64,000 bases of DNA, taken from IMG/VR virus record IMGVR_UViG_3300024322_000001. One strand, given 5' to 3'. How positions within the stretch are numbered: position 1 is the stretch's first letter; each line of letters opens with the position of its first letter. The DNA is from a virus (lineage: Duplodnaviria; Caudoviricetes). The notes under the pieces were generated by a model, which had not been told where the DNA came from, did no database searches, and saw only the letters and a program-made list of their open reading frames with translations. Both the position numbers and the translations under genes were made by a program. This document shows, in pieces, positions 19,492 to 28,178 of this stretch.

Positions 19492-19755
19492 TTATTTTCT
19501 GTTGCCGAATATTTTTCCAACTTCAGCTATACCAAATGAACCTAATACCACTAAAACAAAAGAGTCGTATATAAATTCATTAATAACTAAATCTTTGCCG
19601 AAATATCCAGTTGCTAAATCTACGAATGCAAATAATATCATTACAATAAAAGCAATAAAACCAACTACTGTTTTTTCATTGATATTATTATCATCATCAA
19701 ATAAGTTCTTTAAAGCCATCCAATTACGTTTTATAAAATTAAACATAGATAACAA
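19492..19755 (-). CDS. holin-like two-TM protein (true start probably MALKNL)
   Basis: Two TM segments, basic C-terminus, directly upstream of the putative endolysin. Confidence 0.55.
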   Translation of the reverse strand: MLSMFNFIKRNWMALKNLFDDDNNINEKTVVGFIAFIVMILFAFVDLATGYFGKDLVINEFIYDSFVLVVLGSFGIAEVGKIFGNRK

Positions 19756-19789
19756 TTTTTAGTGAAACAATTCTTTTATATAAATAGCT

Positions 19790-20119
19790 CTAAAAAGCAC
19801 TCATGATAAGTTCGTCAATATAATCCTGAAGTTCTTCTCTGGTTGCCTCCATTTTAAAGCTAATATCTGCTTGGTATCTTTCGACTTCTTCTCCATCTTG
19901 GAAGATAATAATGGTAGGGACTACAACTACTTTAAATTCTTGAGCTTTTTTAGGATCAGCTCCAATATCAAATTTATCTATTTCACAATCTGATAGTTTT
20001 TCTACCCATGTTACTTCATTGGCAGCATTCCAACCTGCGTTAAAATACTTAACTTCTATTTGACTATATAAAGTCATAGTAGAAAATAGTAACATAGGTA
20101 ATATTAATAACTTTTTCAT
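19790..20119 (-). CDS. exported thioredoxin-fold protein lacking CxxC
   Basis: Signal peptide (YS-Q); FNAGWNAAN in place of WCxxC; VVPTIIIFQDGEEV cis-Pro region. Confidence 0.7.
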   Translation of the reverse strand: MKKLLILPMLLFSTMTLYSQIEVKYFNAGWNAANEVTWVEKLSDCEIDKFDIGADPKKAQEFKVVVVPTIIIFQDGEEVERYQADISFKMEATREELQDYIDELIMSAF

Positions 20120-20126
20120 AATAAGT

Positions 20127-20411
20127 TTATCTTAGTTTATCAATCTTCTCTTCCATCCGAATCATTCTATCCTTTAATTCTTTAACATCATCTTGAGTAG
20201 TCATGATTGTTTGACGTATTAATTGATCTTTCATGTCGTATTCCATTCTAGTAACATCTGGTGGTGGTGCTATAGGAAGTTCTTTTGCCTCTTCAATATC
20301 TGCTTGAAGTGCAAACCACATACCTACTACTGTAGCTATACCGAATGCAATACCTATTAATGTCTGTATACTTATTTGAAAACTAGTGTTTTCGCTTAAC
20401 TCTTTTGCCAT
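20127..20411 (-). CDS. single-TM coiled-coil protein
   Basis: One TM segment and a C-terminal coiled coil. Confidence 0.65.
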   Translation of the reverse strand: MAKELSENTSFQISIQTLIGIAFGIATVVGMWFALQADIEEAKELPIAPPPDVTRMEYDMKDQLIRQTIMTTQDDVKELKDRMIRMEEKIDKLR

Positions 20412-20413
20412 TT

Positions 20414-21475
20414 TTAAAAAATTATATAATTAACTCCCATTGAAAAATTATGCCAATTTCTATTCCAATATTGATTATATGTTCCTTCTGCAAATAACCC
20501 TAATGATTTGGTTAATTTATATCCAAATATTAATCCTCCGGAATAATCGGTCCATTGACCTCCATTAAAATTATGATACGAAAATTCATCTGCCCCTTTT
20601 ATATGTATAGGCATTACATTACCCCAAGCATGTAGCCAGAAGTTTTTAGTGTACTTATAATAATCGAAACCAAATATGGCAGAATATTCTAATCTTAAAG
20701 GAGCTTGGTCTTCTTTTTTCTCTACGTAATCAACTAATACTTGTGGAATAATTACTTCTTCCCATACTTCAGTACTTGTTGCTACTACTGCACCTTGGGG
20801 GTTAAGGTATTCTATATCTCCCCCTCCATTAAAGTTTACATTGTAACCTTCTTGTAAAGCTAAATAAGTATAATGTAAGTTACCGTTACTTAACATCCAT
20901 TCCTGTAAAGGATCATATCCATATGGTTTAGATAGTCTTTGTGCAATACCTACGTTAATAGAAAATTCTTTAGTTATATTATGCTTATATCTTTGAGAAG
21001 CTTGAAAATATTCTATATCAATAAAGCCTCCTACAAGGTACTCTACTTTAGCTACCCAATCATCAGCTACATATCTTAAAAAGTGATGCTGGTCTAAATA
21101 TGTTTCTCCTTGTATTCTTCTATAATCAGCTTCAAATAAGAATTCAAATCCTTTTATTTTACCTAATGTTGCGTTATCTGAATAGGATTCTTCTGTACCG
21201 TTATAAAATACATTAGCTCTATTTTCATATTGAAATCTAGCTATTTTTCTTATACCTAAAGAAAGTGAATAATCAAATGGAGTCTCAACAACATCTTGGA
21301 TTAGTGTACCGGTATTAACTGAAAATTGATTCTTGTCTGCTAAAGATGTTCCTCCATTCACAGCAGCAAATATTGTAGCAAACTTAAAAGTTTTCTTTAG
21401 ATCTTTTTTAAACTTAGATTCTTGACTAAAACCTAAAAGTGGGATTACTAAAAATAGTATTAATAATTTCTTCAT
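20414..21475 (-). CDS. putative outer-membrane beta-barrel protein
   Basis: Signal peptide (FS-Q), alternating aromatic beta-strands, C-terminal beta-signal-like FSMGVNYIIF. Confidence 0.65.
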   Translation of the reverse strand: MKKLLILFLVIPLLGFSQESKFKKDLKKTFKFATIFAAVNGGTSLADKNQFSVNTGTLIQDVVETPFDYSLSLGIRKIARFQYENRANVFYNGTEESYSDNATLGKIKGFEFLFEADYRRIQGETYLDQHHFLRYVADDWVAKVEYLVGGFIDIEYFQASQRYKHNITKEFSINVGIAQRLSKPYGYDPLQEWMLSNGNLHYTYLALQEGYNVNFNGGGDIEYLNPQGAVVATSTEVWEEVIIPQVLVDYVEKKEDQAPLRLEYSAIFGFDYYKYTKNFWLHAWGNVMPIHIKGADEFSYHNFNGGQWTDYSGGLIFGYKLTKSLGLFAEGTYNQYWNRNWHNFSMGVNYIIF

Positions 21476-21476
21476 T

Positions 21477-24400
21477 TTATTCTATAATTATTCTTTTATT
21501 AAATAACTTACCTTCGTGACTAATTGTTAAGAAGTATACTCCTGATTCTACGTTAGATAAATCTACTTGTTTTTTATCTGAAGATTGAATTATAATCTTA
21601 CCTAATAAATCACGTACTGAGTAAGTAATGTCTAGATTAGTTGCGATATTAATTATACCGTCTGTAGGGTTTGGATAAACAATTATACTTACATTATCTA
21701 ATCCTCTAGAGAACATACCGTCTATATCCATTCCTTCTGGCCATCCGTTTTCACAGTAATTGTAAGTTTCCTGACAAATTGGATCCCATTCATTTTCACA
21801 GCAATAATTATCTACGTCAATTACCCAAGCATAACATTGGTTATTTAACCAATATGGTTCACCTGGTCCTGTTATACAACCTGCATCATATAAACAAGCA
21901 TCAGGATCAGCTACATTAGCTTCTGGGTTATAGTTATAAGATTCAGGATCCATACATCCTACTACTGCTGTAATACATGTACCGTTATCTACATTAGCTT
22001 CAGGATCAAAATTAATTGAGTTAGGGTCCATACAGCCGTATACTTTTTCTATACAACTAAAGTCTTCTGTATTAGCATCTGGATTATAATTTAGTGCATC
22101 TGGATCTGTACAACCCTCTACAATTGGAATACAGCTACCGTCGTCAACAGTTGCTAGTGCATTGTAGTTAAATGAGTTAGGATCCATACAACCATATAAA
22201 AGAGGGATACAGCTACCATCATCGGTATTAGCATCTGGATTATAATTTAATGCTGTGTTATCTGTACAGCCTAATACTACTGGGATACAAGATCCATCAT
22301 CAACAGTTGCTAAAGCATTATAGTTAAATGAATCTGGGTCCATACACCCATATAGAATTGGGATACAACTACCGTCATCAGTATTCGCATCTGGGTTGTA
22401 ATTTAATGAAGTATTGTCTGTACATCCTTCTACTACAGGAATACAAGAACCATCGTCTACGGTTGCAAGTGGATTGTAGTTAAATGAAGTTTCATCCATA
22501 CATCCATAAAGAATAGGAATACAAGAACCATCATCTGTATTTGCATCTGGATTGTAATTTAATGAAGTATTATCTGTACAACCTAATATTACAGGTACAC
22601 AAGAACCATCATCTGTGTTAGCTAATGGATTATAATTAAATGCATCTGGGTCTGTACAGCCAGCTAAGATAGGAATACATGAACCGTCTTCTGTGTTAGC
22701 ATTAGGATCATAGTTTAATGCTGTATTATCTGTACATCCGTATATAATAGGTACACAAGTCCCATTATCCGTATTAGCATCTGGATTATAGTTAAATGCA
22801 TCTGGATCTGTACAGCCAAAGACTACTGGTTCACAAGTTCCATTGTCTGTATTAGCATCTGGATTATAGTTAAATGAATCTGGGTCCATACAACCATATA
22901 TTATAGGTACGCAGCTTCCATCATCTACATTTGCATTAGGATCGTAATTAAATGAATCTGGATCCATACATCCTTCTACTATCGGAATACAACTTCCATC
23001 ATCTGTATTAGCATCTGGGTTATAATTAATTGAATTTTCATCCATACATCCCTCTACAACTGCAATACATGAACCATCATCTACATTAGCATTCTCATTA
23101 TAATTGAATGAAGTTTCATCCATACAACCTTCTATAACTGGGATACAATCACCTTCTGTGTTAGCATCTGGATTATAGTTAAATGAATCTGGGTCCATAC
23201 ATCCTACTACTACTTCAACACAAGAGCCATCATCTACTGTAGCATCTGGATTGTAGTTAAATGCTAATGGGTTCATACATCCTTCTACTATAGGGATACA
23301 AGAACCATCGTCAGTATTTACATCAACTAAAGGATCTCCAGTTAATTCTATATAATTTAATGAATTTTCATCCATACACCCTTCTATAATTGGAATACAA
23401 GTATCTCCAAAAGTTGGAGTAGTGGCTTCTAATACGAAAGGATATGGTATTGCTTGCCAATATCCTACATCTATAATTTTATCTCCTAAAGGACCTGTTA
23501 GAGTGTACCCTATTTGAGCTAATGTTTGATTAGAATTAGGAGTAGTAAATAAGAAAGCTTCAATAGGTTCATAAATGTTCAACTGTACTTCAAAAGAAAT
23601 ACTCTCACCATCGTTAGCACCTATTTGATATTGAGGAGATACCCAATTACCTTGAGTTAAACCTAACCAAGTACCGTTCCAACCATCCGAAGCTCCATCA
23701 AATATCTCTAATGTATATGTACCTTGCATTACTTCACTAGTATTAGCATCTGGGTTGTAGTTGAATGCATCTTGATCAGTACATCCTTCTATTCTAGGAG
23801 GACCACAACTTCCATCATCTACTGTAGCTAGTGGGTTATAGGTTGTTGAAAATGGATTCATACAGCCTTCTACTTCACTTTCACTTTCACAAGTAACAGG
23901 AGTAAATTGAGGGGTAGTAACTAAATAACCAAAATTTGAATTAGGGAAATTTTCTGATAAATCATATAAAATAGTTCCATCACAGGCTATAACTTGTATA
24001 TTTCCATCTACAGTTCCTCCAGATGTAGTACCAGCTAAACCATCTCCATAACTATCTTCAATAACTAAGTCTAATGTGCTATTTTGATCAACACATACAT
24101 AAGTAGTAAGAGGTACTCCAGGAGGAGCTGAGTTATATGAACCTTGAGGTGCACTTGCATAAGTAACATCTACTCCGTTATTATCTCCATATAAAATCCA
24201 ACTAGATTCTCCCGGCCAGTTATCTCCGGTATAAACTATTTGCAATAAAGTCTGCCCTTCTTCACATTGTGGTATTACTGAACAAGAACCATCATCTATA
24301 GTAGCCCAGGGGTTGTAATTTTGCGATGTTGGGTCCATACATCCTAAAACTGCTCCACAGGGTAAACATGATTCCCAACAAACCAGAGGAAGAGAAATAC

Positions 24401-25196
24401 TGTCCCCAATAGTAACATCTAAAATTCTATTTATAAAACCATTTCCATCAGGTATAAAACATGCTGAAGTTTCTGTCACACCCGCTGGTAATTCTGAGTC
24501 TGCCCAGTTATCTAACATAAATTTCCATAAATAAGTACCTTCGGGAAGTTCTATTCCTAATTCCCATATACCATCACCATCTTCATCTTCCATTGGATAT
24601 TGATCAGTCCAATTACTAAATTCTCCCGTTACATAAGGCTGGGTATATTCATCAGGATATTCATTCATATCCAATTTAAATTCAACTAGAGTTGTTTCTT
24701 CTTCACATGGTGCATTACCACATACATTAACACAATGGGTTAATTTATATTCTCCTGAAGGATTTACATAAGTGCCATTTGCTATTAATTCTTCGGGTAC
24801 TGTTACTTTTCTTAAACTATTAGGTCCTCCTGGAGCACCTCCTGTAGCTACATCAAATAAACAGTCAGATGCATCAGGACCTCCTTCCCATCCTGTCCAG
24901 GGTAGTCCATTATCACCAAAAGATGTTATCTTAAATCTATAAAATACCTCTACATTTTCATCTGTTGGGTGTCCTATATTAATATTTTTTCTGTAAATTC
25001 CGTTTCCTCCAACATCTTCCATTGGTATATCAGTCCATCCAGTAACGCTAGTTTGAATATAAACTTGCATTTGATCTGGGTTAGGAGTATTAGCTATAAT
25101 TTCATTAACATCTAATCTAAAGGTTACGGGTGCTGTTTCTTGGGCTATGCTTAAAAAAGGGAATACTAGACATAACCAGAATAGTAATTTTTTCAT
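21477..25196 (-). CDS. T9SS type-A cargo protein with CBM-like Ig domains and Cys-rich repeats
   Basis: Signal peptide (IA-Q); two starch-binding/CBM48-like domains (VTGEFSNW...MEDEDGDGIW...YLWKF); 22 GC(M/T)D..NYNP.A..DDGSC repeats; C-terminal VYPNPT...DLLGK...GVYFL..KRIIIE sorting domain. Confidence 0.85.
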   Translation of the reverse strand: MKKLLFWLCLVFPFLSIAQETAPVTFRLDVNEIIANTPNPDQMQVYIQTSVTGWTDIPMEDVGGNGIYRKNINIGHPTDENVEVFYRFKITSFGDNGLPWTGWEGGPDASDCLFDVATGGAPGGPNSLRKVTVPEELIANGTYVNPSGEYKLTHCVNVCGNAPCEEETTLVEFKLDMNEYPDEYTQPYVTGEFSNWTDQYPMEDEDGDGIWELGIELPEGTYLWKFMLDNWADSELPAGVTETSACFIPDGNGFINRILDVTIGDSISLPLVCWESCLPCGAVLGCMDPTSQNYNPWATIDDGSCSVIPQCEEGQTLLQIVYTGDNWPGESSWILYGDNNGVDVTYASAPQGSYNSAPPGVPLTTYVCVDQNSTLDLVIEDSYGDGLAGTTSGGTVDGNIQVIACDGTILYDLSENFPNSNFGYLVTTPQFTPVTCESESEVEGCMNPFSTTYNPLATVDDGSCGPPRIEGCTDQDAFNYNPDANTSEVMQGTYTLEIFDGASDGWNGTWLGLTQGNWVSPQYQIGANDGESISFEVQLNIYEPIEAFLFTTPNSNQTLAQIGYTLTGPLGDKIIDVGYWQAIPYPFVLEATTPTFGDTCIPIIEGCMDENSLNYIELTGDPLVDVNTDDGSCIPIVEGCMNPLAFNYNPDATVDDGSCVEVVVGCMDPDSFNYNPDANTEGDCIPVIEGCMDETSFNYNENANVDDGSCIAVVEGCMDENSINYNPDANTDDGSCIPIVEGCMDPDSFNYDPNANVDDGSCVPIIYGCMDPDSFNYNPDANTDNGTCEPVVFGCTDPDAFNYNPDANTDNGTCVPIIYGCTDNTALNYDPNANTEDGSCIPILAGCTDPDAFNYNPLANTDDGSCVPVILGCTDNTSLNYNPDANTDDGSCIPILYGCMDETSFNYNPLATVDDGSCIPVVEGCTDNTSLNYNPDANTDDGSCIPILYGCMDPDSFNYNALATVDDGSCIPVVLGCTDNTALNYNPDANTDDGSCIPLLYGCMDPNSFNYNALATVDDGSCIPIVEGCTDPDALNYNPDANTEDFSCIEKVYGCMDPNSINFDPEANVDNGTCITAVVGCMDPESYNYNPEANVADPDACLYDAGCITGPGEPYWLNNQCYAWVIDVDNYCCENEWDPICQETYNYCENGWPEGMDIDGMFSRGLDNVSIIVYPNPTDGIINIATNLDITYSVRDLLGKIIIQSSDKKQVDLSNVESGVYFLTISHEGKLFNKRIIIE
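21882..23381 (-). repeat. tandem ~78-bp coding repeats (19 consecutive copies)
   Basis: Units such as GCMDPDSFNYNPDANTDDGSCIPIVE counted in the translation. Confidence 0.9.
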
Positions 25197-25263
25197 TATA
25201 AATTTTATTGTTTAGCTTATTATAATCTTTATAATAAATAGTTAATTTTAGGTAAACATACAA

Positions 25264-25297
25264 TAAAAAAAAAGGGGCCAAAAAAGGCCCCTCTTTC
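25264..25297 (-). terminator. intrinsic terminator
   Basis: GGGGCC-loop-GGCCCC hairpin followed by a long U run on the minus strand. Confidence 0.85.
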
Positions 25298-25308
25298 TAC
25301 TTAATTAT

Positions 25309-25545
25309 TTACCCTTTCTTCTTCAAGATATGGTAAAGGACAAAGGCACCCACTAATCCGAGTAAACCTTCAGCGCTCAATGAGCCCAAAATCGCCATTA
25401 TATTATCAACTACTGATATTTCTGGCCAGAATGGTATAGCAACACCTTTGAATAGTACTTCGAATACTACCCCTAAGGCAATTAAAGATACACCTACTTC
25501 TGTGATTTTGTTGACCCAAGAGCCAACTTTGTTTAATAAATCCAT
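25309..25545 (-). CDS. small membrane protein (78 aa, MDLLNKVG...)
   Basis: Two hydrophobic segments. Start moved to ATG 25545 because the longer ORF runs through the promoter motif. Own transcription unit. Confidence 0.7.
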   Translation of the reverse strand: MDLLNKVGSWVNKITEVGVSLIALGVVFEVLFKGVAIPFWPEISVVDNIMAILGSLSAEGLLGLVGAFVLYHILKKKG

Positions 25546-25618
25546 GTGATTGTTTTTAGTTAGACAAAGTGTAACTGTCCGACTTGTTTGAAAAGGAATT
25601 CCATGTATATAAATAGGC

Positions 25619-25650
25619 AAAAAAAAAAGAAGCCCTTAGGCTCCTTCTTC
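25619..25650 (-). terminator. intrinsic terminator
   Basis: Minus-strand hairpin GGAGCC-TAAG-GGCTTC followed by poly-U. Confidence 0.75.
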
Positions 25651-25693
25651 TTAATGTTATTCGTAGATTTCTTTTTGAAGTCCTGAATAAATT

Positions 25694-25918
25694 CTATTCC
25701 TCCAAGTTCTTAATTTCTTTTGGTAAGAATTCTGAGTTAACATGTCCGCATTTTTTGCAGGAAAAGATTGGGATTGGGATGTAGGTTGTTTGTCCTGTTC
25801 CTGTGAGCAATCCTGATGCTTTCCGCAAGTGCACTCCTTCTTCAAAGAATGTATGTCCGCATTCTTCACATAAAACAGCTTTTGTTTGATCCAGTGATAC
25901 ATTCGGTCTTGGCTGCAT
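25694..25918 (-). CDS. zinc-ribbon protein
   Basis: CEECG...CKKCG motifs. Confidence 0.7.
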   Translation of the reverse strand: MQPRPNVSLDQTKAVLCEECGHTFFEEGVHLRKASGLLTGTGQTTYIPIPIFSCKKCGHVNSEFLPKEIKNLEE

Positions 25919-26322
25919 TATTTAGATTGATGAATTAGGTATACCTTATTAATAATGTTACTTTTAGTTAAACTTGAATCTAACTTAGTACCAAGATCAT
26001 TTTCGGCGTGATCTAAGAGTTGCTTCTTAGTCATTGCTCTTAGCTTAGATTTAGTTACTTTACCTTTCAAGGCATCGGCAACATCTTTTGCTTCATTAAC
26101 AACATCTTTTAACTCTGCTTTAACTGCTTTTGCTCGTTTTTTAACTTTTTTTGCAGTTTCTTTAACATCTTCAGCGAATTCTTTAACATCTTCAACAGCG
26201 TCTTCTACTGCATCAGGTACGTAATCTCCATCTGAATCTTTGATTTTACCTTTTTTAATTAGGTAAATAATAACACCAACGGCTACTGCTGCGAGTGCTA
26301 AAATAACTAGGATTGTTTTCAT
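25918..26322 (-). CDS. membrane-anchored protein with Rho-N/HeH-like C-terminal domain
   Basis: N-terminal TM segment, DSDGDYVPD, and LRAMTKKQL...LTKSNII. Confidence 0.55.
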   Translation of the reverse strand: MKTILVILALAAVAVGVIIYLIKKGKIKDSDGDYVPDAVEDAVEDVKEFAEDVKETAKKVKKRAKAVKAELKDVVNEAKDVADALKGKVTKSKLRAMTKKQLLDHAENDLGTKLDSSLTKSNIINKVYLIHQSK

Positions 26323-26382
26323 AAACTAATTTTAATTAATAATTGTAATTGTAATTGATATATATCTATATATATAAATAGG

Positions 26383-26907
26383 TCAAAATTTAGGAACACG
26401 CTTAGGTTTAATAGCCCATTTTCCATATTTTTCTTCCATTTCAAAATAAAAGTCTAAAATAGTACCTTTAGTCTTTTCAACTTCAGTATCATACTCTTCT
26501 CGACTCATCTTAAACTCTTTAAGAAACTCATTTCTTAAGTCGTCTAATTTTCTAAATTCTTCTTTTTCGTGGTCTTCAACTAATCTTTTCTTTCTAGCTC
26601 TATCTATAGAGGAATTAGTATGATACAGGCTATGATCTACTTCGCCACGAGGAGTAGTTGCTGCTTGCCATTTTTCGTTCATAGTATGGTAGCATAATTC
26701 AACTTCAAGTAAATAAGGTCCCTGATCAAAGTCTCCATTAGCAATTCTATCTCTTAATGGATGTCTAGTTGTAAGAGGTTTATTCTTAGGAGTATAACTT
26801 CTCCACCACATAAATCTATCGTACGGTTTTTTGAAGTACCTATCGCTAAGTTTCTTCTCTATCCACTTTTTAGACCATCTAGGTTTGAACGGTAAACTTT
26901 CTGTCAT
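26383..26907 (-). CDS. hypothetical phage protein
   Basis: 174-aa ORF with promoter motif at 26912-26943. Confidence 0.7.
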   Translation of the reverse strand: MTESLPFKPRWSKKWIEKKLSDRYFKKPYDRFMWWRSYTPKNKPLTTRHPLRDRIANGDFDQGPYLLEVELCYHTMNEKWQAATTPRGEVDHSLYHTNSSIDRARKKRLVEDHEKEEFRKLDDLRNEFLKEFKMSREEYDTEVEKTKGTILDFYFEMEEKYGKWAIKPKRVPKF

Positions 26908-26934
26908 AATATTAATATAAGAACTTTATTGCAA

Positions 26935-27114
26935 TTAACCAAACATTATCTTATTAAAAGCAAATTTAATTACTTCTTCATCATACTCTGTAAGTAATCT
27001 GTAAGCTTGTTGTTTTTGCTCTTCTGATAATTTATTTGATTTTCTAACCGGCTCGTTTTGATCAATCAATCCGTCTTCTACCATTTCATGGTATTTTGTA
27101 ATAGAATCACTCAT
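26935..27114 (-). CDS. small hypothetical protein (59 aa)
   Basis: Own translation MSDSITKYHEMVEDGLIDQ...NKIMFG. Confidence 0.6.
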   Translation of the reverse strand: MSDSITKYHEMVEDGLIDQNEPVRKSNKLSEEQKQQAYRLLTEYDEEVIKFAFNKIMFG

Positions 27115-27119
27115 AACTT

Positions 27120-27269
27120 TTATTTTTGTGTTTGATTTTTCTTCGGTACTTCTTCTTGTTTCGGACCGGAGTCGGAATCTTTAACGCTTCCAGCCACTCC
27201 TGGTATGTCAGTACTACCTCCTCCAATTTTTTCTTTTTCATTCCACTCTTCATTAAAGTACTTAAACAT
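27120..27269 (-). CDS. small hypothetical protein (49 aa, MFKYFNEE...)
   Basis: ATG just downstream of the promoter motif at 27275-27306. Confidence 0.45.
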   Translation of the reverse strand: MFKYFNEEWNEKEKIGGGSTDIPGVAGSVKDSDSGPKQEEVPKKNQTQK

Positions 27270-27338
27270 ATATCTAAATATAAGAAAAATTAATTTAAAA
27301 AGCAAATATTTATTAGTATATTCTCAAATATTCTCTCC

Positions 27339-27695
27339 ATGGTACGTACACTTATTCTACTTGTTCTTTTAACTACTATCCCTGCTAGTGCACAACTTTT
27401 GACAGAACCGGATAAAAAAATGCACTTCGCCGCAGGCGCATTCACATCTGCACTTGGATATGCTGTTGCATATGAATTTACTAAAGACAAAGACAAAGCT
27501 GTTTTATATGGTATTGGTACTGCCGTTTTAATAGGTACTTTAAAAGAAATGAGTGATAGTACTCAATCCGGTAATTACTTTGACGGTAGAGATCTCCTTG
27601 CAACTACGTATGGAGGAATATCGGTAGGTATTACCATTGATTTAATCCGGCAACGTAAGCAAACAAAATTTACCGTACTAGGTATTAAATTTTAA
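27339..27695 (+). CDS. YfiM/VanZ-like membrane protein
   Basis: Signal peptide (SA-Q); DKKMHF...GTLKE..D...FDGRDLLAT..GG; the only credible plus-strand gene. Confidence 0.7.
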   Translation: MVRTLILLVLLTTIPASAQLLTEPDKKMHFAAGAFTSALGYAVAYEFTKDKDKAVLYGIGTAVLIGTLKEMSDSTQSGNYFDGRDLLATTYGGISVGITIDLIRQRKQTKFTVLGIKF

Positions 27696-27764
27696 TCTTA
27701 AACTTCGCTTTCCGGAAGGATCCCCTATACACACTATTTCTCACTTTTGCAACTATTTGCCAAT

Positions 27765-27792
27765 AAAAACCCCTCCGTTTCCGGAAGGGCTT
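27765..27792 (-). terminator. intrinsic terminator of the groES-groEL-histone-like transcript
   Basis: GCCCUUCCG-GAAA-CGGAGGGGU followed by UUUU on the minus strand. Confidence 0.8.
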
Positions 27793-27872
27793 CGGTCTAG
27801 AGCGGTTAACTCTAGAGAGGTACTTAGTAGAATTCGCGCGTGGCGACTTCGTCGGTTAGAGAGAAATGCCCC

Positions 27873-28178
27873 CTACCCTTTTACTGCATCCATATTCGCT
27901 TTTTTGTAAGGAGTAATTAATTTCTTAATCTCACCTGCTGCTTTTCTAGCTCTTGCTTGAGAAGCTTTAGTCGTTCCTTCGTTATTCTCACTTAAGATAC
28001 TAAACTGCTCTGCGATTTGTTCAAATAATTCTTGTTTTGCACTCATAATAATTCTATTTTTGTTTAATTTAATTTTAGGGTATCTGAATTCGGTCCTTAT
28101 AAGTCTATTTCCCTTATATGTCCATTTATCATAAAGACCGTACTCGTTTAAAAATTCTCTTACTTTAATTTCTGACAT
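27873..28178 (-). CDS. histone H1-like (Hc1-type) nucleoid protein; likely start MSAKQ at 28046
   Basis: TKASQARARKAAGEIKKLITPYKK resembles the Bacteroidota Hc1-family KAAGTRARK signature. Confidence 0.65.
   Translation of the reverse strand: MSEIKVREFLNEYGLYDKWTYKGNRLIRTEFRYPKIKLNKNRIIMSAKQELFEQIAEQFSILSENNEGTTKASQARARKAAGEIKKLITPYKKANMDAVKG

Noticed and set aside
21882-23381. Regular ~78-bp repeats as a possible CRISPR array
   Set aside because: They are degenerate in-frame coding repeats with no repeat-spacer structure.
25657-25902. 81-aa alternative-frame ORF overlapping the zinc-ribbon gene
   Set aside because: The 25694-25918 frame has paired CxxC motifs and is coupled to the upstream stop.
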